In this document: piece after piece, positions 17,998 through 26,028 of the stretch
Layout of the letters: the number at the start of each line of letters is the position of its first letter
Numbering within the stretch: the first letter of the stretch is position 1
Source: Patescibacteria group bacterium
GTDB lineage: Bacteria > Patescibacteriota > Patescibacteriia > Patescibacteriales > UBA12465
Assembly (NCBI GenBank): GCA_041649315.1
Contig: JBAZNJ010000002.1
Span: 192,851 to 256,850 of the forward strand
Reading direction: 5' to 3'
Length of the DNA stretch: 64,000 nucleotides
Notes under the pieces: model-generated
Database searches by the model: none
Seen by the model: the letters and a program-made list of their open reading frames with translations, nothing else
Told to the model about the DNA's origin: nothing
Translations under genes and position numbers: made by a program

Positions 17998-19293
17998 ATG
18001 GAAAAGATGAAACAAATATTATTTTGGGCGGCAATCGTCCTATTGTTTGCGGCTTGCCGCGAAGACGGGGCGGCTTATACCCCCGAAGAAATAAACCCGA
18101 AGCCAATACCGGAAGTAATTCCGGAAATACCCTGGACTTGGGAAAAGCCAGAGGACTTACAGGCACTTTGCGTCTACCTTGGATTTGAACAAGATCCAAG
18201 CGGCGTGACGCAGGAAGAAATTGAAAAAATATGGCACAATACCGGACGAATTATGATCCCGTATATCGGCTATAAAAGAAACGGTTACGGGGATTTAATT
18301 AACGGCGGTATCGTTAAAATGTTAAAATGTTCAGAAAAACCGAGTGGCGCAGAGGTCGACCGTCTGATTGATTCTTTGCAAAGCAATCCGAATTATTGCA
18401 ATTTTTCTGAGTTAAAAAATAGCCTCGATTATTTCCTCTATAAAGGTCGCGCCGTCTGCGTGGACATACATGAGTTTGTCGGGTATATCCAATATACCTA
18501 TAAAACTGAGGAGGAAAAGGATGAGTCGCTATTTAGCGACGGAGAAAAACAAATCCTACTCAAAGAATTCGAACTACAAATAGCCGGATTCTTAATGGAT
18601 GAATATTCTGACCAGGTTAAGGCGGGAAATATTTCGCTTGAAATATTGAATGAGCCAAAAGCGGATAGTTGGGAAAATATTCAGCTCTATGTCGCCAAAG
18701 CAATTCATAAGCAATTTCCAGATCTTTGGCTCGGCATCCGTCCGAACCAGTCCTACTCAGTTGATTGTTTAAGAAATACTTGGTTTGAACCGAACGATTA
18801 CGCCGGTATGAAAACCGTAGTTTTCTTAAACTTCTGGTTTATGGAAAGGCCAGATTTAGGCGCTTCGCCGGTTGATTTCACGATCCAATATGAAACTTTT
18901 GAAAAGTATCGTAACGGCGAAAACGTGGAATTCAATATTTTTGGCGACTGGGCTATCGGGCACTATTCTAATAAAGAATACGAAATAAGTCCGGACACGC
19001 TCGGAGTGGAATTTAAAATGACCGCCGACTGGGCTGAAGATAACAATACTAAAGTTTTCTTTGCCGAACTCGGCTGTATCCGCTACGCGGACCCAGAAGG
19101 GCAGTACTTCTTATATTGTCTAAGATATGGACAAGAATACGGAATTGGGATCGCGCTATTTGAAGTTGGCGCCAAGTACTTCTTTCAATACGACGGCGAT
19201 GTGCCGTTTTATCTGAATGATAAAAACTGGGCCGGATTCAAGTATTTGCAGATGGATCCCGGAGAGATTGCTTTCGAAGAGCCGCTTTGGTAA
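17998..19293 (+). CDS. Lipoprotein, candidate GH5-like glycoside hydrolase (P3)
   Basis: Lipobox LLFAAC followed by REDG. LEILNEPKAD resembles the GH5 NEP acid/base motif. VFFAELGC resembles the nucleophile-Glu strand. Confidence 0.6.
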   Translation: MEKMKQILFWAAIVLLFAACREDGAAYTPEEINPKPIPEVIPEIPWTWEKPEDLQALCVYLGFEQDPSGVTQEEIEKIWHNTGRIMIPYIGYKRNGYGDLINGGIVKMLKCSEKPSGAEVDRLIDSLQSNPNYCNFSELKNSLDYFLYKGRAVCVDIHEFVGYIQYTYKTEEEKDESLFSDGEKQILLKEFELQIAGFLMDEYSDQVKAGNISLEILNEPKADSWENIQLYVAKAIHKQFPDLWLGIRPNQSYSVDCLRNTWFEPNDYAGMKTVVFLNFWFMERPDLGASPVDFTIQYETFEKYRNGENVEFNIFGDWAIGHYSNKEYEISPDTLGVEFKMTADWAEDNNTKVFFAELGCIRYADPEGQYFLYCLRYGQEYGIGIALFEVGAKYFFQYDGDVPFYLNDKNWAGFKYLQMDPGEIAFEEPLW

Positions 19294-19341
19294 AAGGGCT
19301 TATTGACGAAATTGATGAAATTAATAAAAACACAGAAAATA

Positions 19342-20541
19342 ATGAAACAGAAAAAAACCCGAGGCCTTCGCGGCCTCATCGGGCTAAACGCCCTAGTATT
19401 AATGGCTATAATTATAGCCACCGGCTGTCGCGAGGCACCGGACGATTATAACGGAACCGGCCCTAAGGACTGGTCCGTGGCTATCAAAGGCCCGTCGGGG
19501 GTAGTATATCTCGGAGATTCAATTGAACTCCGCGCTATCTTAAGCGGCTTAAGCGGCAACGACTCCGCACAAGCTATATTCAATTGGTCTATAAAGACCC
19601 CGAGCGGCAACATCCTTGTATATGATGGTCCGATTGCTAAAGTAAAAACGGCACAAATCGGAAATTATAACGCCGAGCTTACTGCCAGCGCGTTAGGAAA
19701 ATCCGAAACCGCGACTTTAAAAATCACCGCCAACCGCCGGGGAGTAATAGTGTCTATTGCCCAAAAGGGCGGGGAATACCAATCCGGCGATGAATTAGAG
19801 TTTGACTCATTAGAGATAAACTTTAAAATCACTGCCGCGCCTGGCGATTCCTTGGGAAGATTTTCCCTGGACTTCGGAGACAATAGTGTTCTTGATACAA
19901 TTATCGAAGAGTCCTCACAAGTGATATTATCTCATTGTTATTCGGATTATGGTGAATATTTAATATTATTCACTAATTCAGAGGTAGTAGTTAAAACTAT
20001 CACTATCAAAGACCCGGATAATCCTGATGGAAAAGATCCTGACGATGAGGATCCGGACGGCGATGTTAATATTAAATACGATGTAGATCTGGCTGATTAC
20101 AAAGCGTTAAAGGTAAAAACTACTTATCCTGACGCTATGTTCGGAAAAATTGACAGTGCTGAAAGTAAGTTTTGGCTATTGATTTCAGTAGCCGCGACCG
20201 AAAGGACGATTGGACCAGATACAAAAATATCCTTGAAAGGAAACTGGGACGGGACAAGCTACACAGCTTGGACTACTTATTTGACCAGTACCGGCAAAGA
20301 CCTGGTTGTCACCTCAAAAAAAGGGAAATATATAAAGTTGGAAATTTCCGACTTTACTTATAACTTTAAATACCGAGGAAATGTCCTGTTGGGCGATGTG
20401 AGTAACTACATCAATGCCCAAAACCTTGCACCCTACTATGGCGAGGATTTGGATATCGGCGACACCGGCACACTTCGGGTCGAAATCGATTACGAAATAG
20501 GCGTAGGATCATTTATCCTGCCGCCGAAATCAACGAATTAA
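19342..20541 (+). CDS. Lipoprotein with Ig-like (PKD/Big-like) repeats and an acidic DP-rich linker (P4)
   Basis: From ATG 19342: MKQKKTRGLRGLIGLNALVLMAIIIATGC, followed by REAPDD. The track's start at 19303 is a TTG. Ig-like strands (GDSIELRAILSG). Linker DPDNPDGKDPDDEDPDGD. Confidence 0.7.
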   Translation: MKQKKTRGLRGLIGLNALVLMAIIIATGCREAPDDYNGTGPKDWSVAIKGPSGVVYLGDSIELRAILSGLSGNDSAQAIFNWSIKTPSGNILVYDGPIAKVKTAQIGNYNAELTASALGKSETATLKITANRRGVIVSIAQKGGEYQSGDELEFDSLEINFKITAAPGDSLGRFSLDFGDNSVLDTIIEESSQVILSHCYSDYGEYLILFTNSEVVVKTITIKDPDNPDGKDPDDEDPDGDVNIKYDVDLADYKALKVKTTYPDAMFGKIDSAESKFWLLISVAATERTIGPDTKISLKGNWDGTSYTAWTTYLTSTGKDLVVTSKKGKYIKLEISDFTYNFKYRGNVLLGDVSNYINAQNLAPYYGEDLDIGDTGTLRVEIDYEIGVGSFILPPKSTN

Positions 20542-20551
20542 ACAAAAAAAC

Positions 20552-20584
20552 AAAAGGCCTCCTTTAACAAGAGGCCTTTTTTAT
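20552..20584 (+). terminator. Terminator after P4
   Basis: GGCCTC (20556-20561) pairs with GAGGCC (20571-20576), followed by T6. Confidence 0.7.
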
Positions 20585-20616
20585 TTTCCATGCCGAACGG
20601 AAAACCCTGTGTAAAT

Positions 20617-20652
20617 GAAAAAGGCTTTCTCGAAAGAAAGCCCTTTTTTTAT
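20617..20652. terminator. Terminator after P5 (bidirectional hairpin)
   Basis: GGCTTTCT-CGAA-AGAAAGCC flanked by A5 and T7. Confidence 0.7.
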
Positions 20653-20664
20653 TTTTTAAGAGGT

Positions 20665-21984
20665 TTATTCCTCTTTTTTAAACACCCAGGGGAACGCTTT
20701 GCTAAGCTCAGCAATTTCTGCATTAGTTGCCGGTCTTACATTATTACCACTACTTTTCAATAATGATATATGTAAAACAATAGCGTTAGTACTATCATTT
20801 ACTTGATCCCAACCGCTAATATCCATTAACTCCGAATCAAATCCGGGTTTAAGAACTGCCCAACGACTACCGTTGTATAAGAAAGAATTATCCATGATAT
20901 TAATTCCTCCATACATGGTATTATTTAACATATCAACGGATACGTCGTTGTCTGTGCCCGCGTCAGGGTCAACAGTGGCCCTAATAAATCTGGCTGTACT
21001 GGTAACTCCTATATAATTAACATATATAGAGTCAAGAGTTTGGCCAATTTTACCATCACTGGAAACTTCTATGAACGGTAACACCGAATTATAATTATAG
21101 GGTAAGAATTGCCCGTTATAAGCGGTGTACCCAATGCTTCCGTTGGCATAATAATTACCCATACCTTCTGAAGTAATTTCTAGCCATCCTTCCCAAGTAT
21201 CAGGAAGGGAAGCGTTCCTAACGGTAAAAGTATTAATAACGGAAGCGCCGTCAGCTGAAGTAATAGTACTCGGCTCATAATTCCCGTTAAGCAAATTAAA
21301 GGTTACTCTAATATACCCAGCAACTGGACTATATGCCGCCGTGGTATTTGAATAAATCGCCCAAGTGTTGTTCCCCCTAATTCCTTGAACATTATAAGAA
21401 TGCGAATTTGTCCAAGATGCTCTGGCGGGCACGTCTACAATATACTGATATACTCCCGCTCCAAGATTACTTGAACCTATAAATACCAAATTCGTTGGAA
21501 CCGGTATATATGGCTCAAAATCTATTGGATAGCAAAACAAATTAAAGGTGTCCGCCAATATCCAATCGGCGGAGTCCGCGCTTATAATCAACTGCATCGG
21601 TCCGGAGCTTTGTTCCACATAATAAATTATCTGCACAACGCTGTCGCGTGGATCTGCATCACGTTCCTCATCAAGCCCAAATTGGAATACAAAATTTTCA
21701 TAAGCACTATCAACATCTTGGATAACGAATCGTTCTGATGTTTGGCTTGTCAAAGTATCTCCGTCCTGAAGATAATTCAAAGCGGCAATACTTTTTAACC
21801 TGTCGCTATGGCTATCTCTCCCGGACCAAAGGATTTGAAAGTTTCCCTTCTTAATCTTTTTCCCCGCCAGATACGAAGCCCCATACTCACTCCGCTCAAA
21901 AATACTGGCGTCTTCCTTACAGGCCGAAGCCAAAACAATCACTAGGCCGAGAACGGCCCAAATAAATAATTTAAACTTTTTCAT
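20665..21984 (-). CDS. Lipoprotein of unknown function (P5)
   Basis: Signal peptide and lipobox VLASAC followed by KEDAS. 439 aa, beta-rich, N/S/T/Y-rich. Confidence 0.7.
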   Translation of the reverse strand: MKKFKLFIWAVLGLVIVLASACKEDASIFERSEYGASYLAGKKIKKGNFQILWSGRDSHSDRLKSIAALNYLQDGDTLTSQTSERFVIQDVDSAYENFVFQFGLDEERDADPRDSVVQIIYYVEQSSGPMQLIISADSADWILADTFNLFCYPIDFEPYIPVPTNLVFIGSSNLGAGVYQYIVDVPARASWTNSHSYNVQGIRGNNTWAIYSNTTAAYSPVAGYIRVTFNLLNGNYEPSTITSADGASVINTFTVRNASLPDTWEGWLEITSEGMGNYYANGSIGYTAYNGQFLPYNYNSVLPFIEVSSDGKIGQTLDSIYVNYIGVTSTARFIRATVDPDAGTDNDVSVDMLNNTMYGGINIMDNSFLYNGSRWAVLKPGFDSELMDISGWDQVNDSTNAIVLHISLLKSSGNNVRPATNAEIAELSKAFPWVFKKEE

Positions 21985-22099
21985 GTCATATCAATTTTAA
22001 TTAAACAATAATTCTATTTATTTTGGGCATTCCCGCACGGCTAAAGCCAGGCGTTCCTGCTATATTAAGTTTTAAATGTGCAATTTTCACTGACTCTTA

Positions 22100-22128
22100 A
22101 TTTTATACTAAATTACAATATTTGTCAA
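22100..22128 (-). promoter_or_regulatory. Promoter of P5
   Basis: On the minus strand: ACCCTTGACAAAT (-35 at 22128-22123), 17 nt spacer, TAAAAT (22105-22100). Confidence 0.55.
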
Positions 22129-22245
22129 GGGTCGGGAAGGGGATATTAGAGATAATACTGTAGAAAAATTAAAAAATATGGGCATTTTAGTGAATAGCTT
22201 TAAATATTCCTTAATATTAGCTAAATTATTATTAAGCCCTAGACC

Positions 22246-22273
22246 TTGACAAAAATAGGGAATCTGTTATAAT
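22246..22273 (+). promoter_or_regulatory. Promoter of the P6-P7 operon
   Basis: GACCTTGACAAAA (-35 at 22246-22251), 16 nt spacer, TATAAT (22268-22273). Confidence 0.65.
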
Positions 22274-22342
22274 TTAGAGTTAAATTTCTTTAACAATTAC
22301 ACCGGAATTATTAATAAAAACCAAATATGGAGGATCTTGAAA

Positions 22343-23263
22343 ATGAAAATTCTTTTTTTTCTTGCCTTGTTCGCCGCAATCGGCTTGAGCTCTAAGGCCC
22401 AAGACCTGGATGTCTTCCAGGCAAATTTGGCATGGCAATACCATGCGAACCACTACGACGCAAATAATCTCGGCAATGGCTGGCAAGTTCGGCCGGAGCT
22501 GAAGTATTATTTCACGGGAATTTCCTATGGCCAATCATTCGTGCCGAGTAAGTCATCCTTGACTTATCAGCATGAATTGTTAATCGGCGCTTACTTTCGC
22601 CCCACTTGGGGAACAGAATGGAAACGGGATAGTGTTCAGCAGTACCCCTTAATAATTGAGGGGCGGCCGCAGAACGCTAACGCGAAAGAATTCAGCTTTG
22701 GTTTAAGTTTTTTATACATTCCTAACCCAGCTGTTTTCATAACCCTGGAAGGCGGAATGAGTATAAAAAGTTTAGGAATAAAAACTGGCGTGCATGATTC
22801 AGTGCCGGTTTATCCCTACTACCAAAGTTTGCCTCTGAAGCTGGAATTTTTGTATTCTGAAGATGCTTTCTTATTCTTTAACCGAATAAGATTTTCTTTA
22901 GAAACCAATAATTCCTTCAACGAATACCGCGCCATTACTATCGACGGCGAAAAATTTGTTGACACCGCGCTTGTCGGGAAAGAACGCTTCTTTGCCGCCG
23001 GACTAGATTTTACAGTCTGGGCGCCTCAGGTTGGGGAAACTTTAATTGATTTCTCGCTAGTGAACCGCTACCTATGGTATCGGGGAGCTGATTATTTCGG
23101 ACTGAATATAAGCGAAAAAATCTGGGATTATCAAGCTGGAATCGGAATCAATCTGCGCCGTTATGGGAAATTAAAAAATTTTCTAGGAACGGAATTATTG
23201 TTAGGCCGACAGGGTCTAACTATTGGCCTTAAAGCAAACCTTTCGGCCTTATTGAAGTATTAA
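22343..23263 (+). CDS. Secreted beta-barrel-like protein of unknown function (P6)
   Basis: From ATG 22343: MKILFFLALFAAIGLSSKAQ. GGAGG lies 9 nt upstream. Alternating amphipathic strands. C-terminus is ...LSALLKY. The track's start at 22337 is a TTG. Confidence 0.7.
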   Translation: MKILFFLALFAAIGLSSKAQDLDVFQANLAWQYHANHYDANNLGNGWQVRPELKYYFTGISYGQSFVPSKSSLTYQHELLIGAYFRPTWGTEWKRDSVQQYPLIIEGRPQNANAKEFSFGLSFLYIPNPAVFITLEGGMSIKSLGIKTGVHDSVPVYPYYQSLPLKLEFLYSEDAFLFFNRIRFSLETNNSFNEYRAITIDGEKFVDTALVGKERFFAAGLDFTVWAPQVGETLIDFSLVNRYLWYRGADYFGLNISEKIWDYQAGIGINLRRYGKLKNFLGTELLLGRQGLTIGLKANLSALLKY

Positions 23264-23285
23264 TAATAACAAAAAAAATTAAAAA

Positions 23286-23969
23286 ATGGTAAACTGGGAA
23301 AAAATAAGAAACACGGCAGTCTGGATACTGGCCGTGTTAATGATTATTTTAATCGGCATGGGCTGTTATGAATGCGGCCGGAGTGGAAAGATTGAAAAAA
23401 ACCTTTCCGGATTAAAAATTAAAATAATTGCGGATTCATCGAGAATTGCGCTTGAGTTATACGGAAATGATTCTATTGTTGGCTTAAAAACCCGTGTAGA
23501 TAAAGTTGAACAACTTAGCGCTAATAATGAAGATTCAATCTTTATAGTCAAAAAAAGCGTGGCTCAGGCAAACAAACAATCTACAGAGGCTAAGTATGTA
23601 GCGGATGAAGCAAAAATAATCGCCGCCACCGCCAAAAGCCAAGCAGCTAAAGCTAACCGTCGAGCAACTGCTTTAGAGAAAAAACAGGCTAAGACCGAAA
23701 AAGAACTGGCGGCCGTTAAAGATTCTTTGAATCGTTTAACTGAAAAACAGCGATCTGAGGCTCTGGATTTTCTTAAAAGCCAAGCCGCGATAGCTCCGCC
23801 TCCACCGCCTGCTCCGGAACCGGAAGCCAACGCTTCGCCGGTCGGAGTAAAAAACGGGCAATGGGGGCACCCGAGCAACCACCCGCTTAAAAGCGCAAAT
23901 GTTGCCGATGAACCCGTGGCTGATGTTGCGGACGGGGGGAGTGTAAAAAAACACTGGCGTTATCGCTAA
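23286..23969 (+). CDS. Membrane-anchored coiled-coil protein with a proline-rich spacer (P7)
   Basis: N-terminal TM helix ending in GMGC. Ala/Lys/Gln-rich heptad-like region. APPPPPAPEPEA, then a basic C-terminus. Confidence 0.65.
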   Translation: MVNWEKIRNTAVWILAVLMIILIGMGCYECGRSGKIEKNLSGLKIKIIADSSRIALELYGNDSIVGLKTRVDKVEQLSANNEDSIFIVKKSVAQANKQSTEAKYVADEAKIIAATAKSQAAKANRRATALEKKQAKTEKELAAVKDSLNRLTEKQRSEALDFLKSQAAIAPPPPPAPEPEANASPVGVKNGQWGHPSNHPLKSANVADEPVADVADGGSVKKHWRYR

Positions 23970-24004
23970 AAATGCCTAAATAAGCAAAAATGCTTATTTA
24001 AGCC

Positions 24005-24042
24005 AAAAAAGGTATCATGACTTAATCAGATACCTTTTTTTA
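24005..24042 (+). terminator. Terminator after P7
   Basis: GGTATC (24011-24016) pairs with GATACC (24029-24034), followed by T7. A second small hairpin (AAATAAGCA/TGCTTATTT) precedes it. Confidence 0.65.
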
Positions 24043-24061
24043 TTTTCTCCTGTCAAGACCC

Positions 24062-24089
24062 TTGACAAAATCTGTATTTATGTTAAAAT
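24062..24089 (+). promoter_or_regulatory. Promoter of P8
   Basis: ACCCTTGACAAAA (-35 at 24062-24067), 16 nt spacer, extended -10 TGTTAAAAT (24081-24089). Confidence 0.6.
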
Positions 24090-24188
24090 TAAGGGATTTT
24101 TATAAGTATAAGAATCGCCGGAGAATCTATGATTCATTCGGCTAAAAATAGTATATTAACAAATTATAAATACATAAATTCAGAAACG

Positions 24189-25718
24189 ATGAAAAAGATG
24201 AAAAATTTTTTGATAATAATCGCCGTCGTTGCAGCAACAATGGTGATAAGTTCGGATGCCTTCGGGCAGGGAATGGTTAAGAACTTAACTAAACAGGCCG
24301 TAGTAATAAAAGACATACGGCTGAGGACCGATTTGCATTTAAGAATCGGGGAGACAGCCTGGATTAGTGCTGACCCCGGAGTTAATTTAAATGTACCTGT
24401 TTTTACTACAAAAGCTATAGTAAAAGATAAATTTGGGAAAGATAGTATTATAATAGATACAACTATCATTACCATGAACTTTGCGGGGAAGGGCAGTATA
24501 TTTAACTTAACCGATGAGGAGCTGGCTAAAGGAAAAAAAATGAAGCCAGCGCAAACATTCAAAGGTTCATCAGCACCAACCGCTTCGGCTAATTTAAAAT
24601 CTGCGCCTGTTGCGAATCTTAGCCCGACAACCACCCCAGAACCGGAAAATTACGTTCCTATGGTTGGGAAACGGGTTAAGAATGACCTGGATGCGATTTT
24701 GTTCTTCCAGGATCGTGGCATCTGCCTCGCTCCCGGGAAAACCTCGATTAACCTCGTTCAATTATCACCTAACGAGCGGATAATTATTGAACGGAATAAT
24801 CGCTTATTCTTTCTCGAAATAAATGATTTCTTTGCTTCTAACGATAAAATTTATGTCGTTAACGAAGAAACATTATTAAGAGGCGAAGGGCAGGATAGCG
24901 TTAAAATTTCTTTAACGGCTGGAAACACTCCTTATGTTTTTATCGATGATAAAACTAAGGAAGTTAAAGGTATTAGGGAACAGAAGGGCCGCGGCGGTTA
25001 TGCGAAAAACTTCGCCGAGGGTGCTAACACAATTATGTGCCAAATCCTGAAAAATGGAGTAGCACAAACCAGGTATTACACTTTCATGGCCTCAAGGGCG
25101 ACTTCTTATGTTAGCCCGTCGCAATTAGCGTTTGACAATCCGCCATTATTTCAAGGACGCGCGATTTATTTACCCATCAAGGGTTTTGACAAAAATTGCG
25201 CGGTGGAATTTCTGGATATTGACGGAAGAAACATTTCAGAACGAATAGTTCTGGATGAAAACGGCACTTCAGTGGAACAGGAAGTACGCCTTGGTATGAA
25301 CCGGGTCCGGGTTACCTTCTTTGAAAGGACGCCTCAAGGCCGGGTTCGTTATTCAATCGAATATTTCAAGTTGGTCACTGAGGCCGACAAGGAATTCAAG
25401 ATTGATCCGGAATACTTCTGGCTTCTCGAAGGGCCGCCGGTAGCTGTTAGGCCTAAAAACGGCGCTAAAAGCCGCTTGTTCCAGGATTTAGAAATCTGGG
25501 CTAGCGATAAAAAAAGTGGCGAGCCAAAAAAACTGGTAATCAAAAAAGATTATCCAAGTGAAGTTGTACATCTTCGCGAGGGAATTGTCCGATTACCGGG
25601 AAGATATACTGAGGGACTAAGTATCAGAAATCTTACTTGTACATTTATTATTTCGTACATGGATAAAAATAAAGATGTTCTGATAACTGACGAAAATATC
25701 GATCGTTCGCAGGAATAA
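24189..25718 (+). CDS. Secreted protein of unknown function (P8)
   Basis: From ATG 24189: MKKMKNFLIIIAVVAATMVISSDAFGQG. The track's ATG at 24129 would add 20 residues unlike a signal peptide. No recognisable domain. Confidence 0.7.
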   Translation: MKKMKNFLIIIAVVAATMVISSDAFGQGMVKNLTKQAVVIKDIRLRTDLHLRIGETAWISADPGVNLNVPVFTTKAIVKDKFGKDSIIIDTTIITMNFAGKGSIFNLTDEELAKGKKMKPAQTFKGSSAPTASANLKSAPVANLSPTTTPEPENYVPMVGKRVKNDLDAILFFQDRGICLAPGKTSINLVQLSPNERIIIERNNRLFFLEINDFFASNDKIYVVNEETLLRGEGQDSVKISLTAGNTPYVFIDDKTKEVKGIREQKGRGGYAKNFAEGANTIMCQILKNGVAQTRYYTFMASRATSYVSPSQLAFDNPPLFQGRAIYLPIKGFDKNCAVEFLDIDGRNISERIVLDENGTSVEQEVRLGMNRVRVTFFERTPQGRVRYSIEYFKLVTEADKEFKIDPEYFWLLEGPPVAVRPKNGAKSRLFQDLEIWASDKKSGEPKKLVIKKDYPSEVVHLREGIVRLPGRYTEGLSIRNLTCTFIISYMDKNKDVLITDENIDRSQE

Positions 25719-25748
25719 GCAACAATGTCTGACACTTGAAACGATCTT

Positions 25749-25789
25749 AAACGCCCGATTTGACCAAAATCAAATCCGGGCGTTTTTTA
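25749..25789 (+). terminator. Terminator after P8
   Basis: ACGCCCGATTTG pairs with CAAATCCGGGCGT (one bulge), followed by T6. Confidence 0.7.
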
Positions 25790-25791
25790 TT

Positions 25792-25816
25792 TACGGTTCA
25801 AGTCCGTTGCCTCCCG
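25792..25816 (+). pseudogene. Orphan tRNA 3' fragment (T arm plus 3' acceptor strand plus discriminator)
   Basis: TACGGTTCAAGTCCGTTGCCTCCCG is identical to the 3' end of the tRNA-like gene at 12817-12902. No matching 5' half lies upstream. Confidence 0.75.
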
Positions 25817-25920
25817 CCTCTTGATTATTTTTTTTCTTATGCTACAATATTAATGTTTATCGGACGATGGTTCTCTTATCTGGGAACCAAAAACCCTCTC
25901 CTTATGGAGAGGCGTTTTTG
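25792..25920 (+). repeat. Right arm of the inverted repeat (tRNA 3' half + trailer + terminator)
   Basis: See the left arm at 12712-12841. 40 nt are identical, then diverged similarity through GGTTCTC..GGGAACC and CCCTCTCC-TTAT-GGAGAGGCGTTTTTG. Confidence 0.75.
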
Positions 25921-25947
25921 TATCAGGCGATTATCAAAAACCGCCCA

Positions 25948-25986
25948 AACAAAAACACCTCTTCTTATTAGAAGAGGTGTTTTTAT
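25948..25986. terminator. Bidirectional terminator downstream of the GT4 gene at 26029..27126
   Basis: ACACCTCTTC-TTATTA-GAAGAGGTGT flanked by AAACAAAAA and TTTTT. Same architecture as the 12704/12967 module. Confidence 0.7.
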
Positions 25987-26028
25987 TATCTAAATTTTCA
26001 ATTCTTAAAAATTACCTTCTTCCGAAAA

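Noticed and set aside
25760-25993. A 77-aa plus-strand ORF in the track.
   Set aside because: It runs straight through the orphan tRNA fragment, the trailer hairpin and two terminator hairpins. Its sequence is explained by those non-coding elements.
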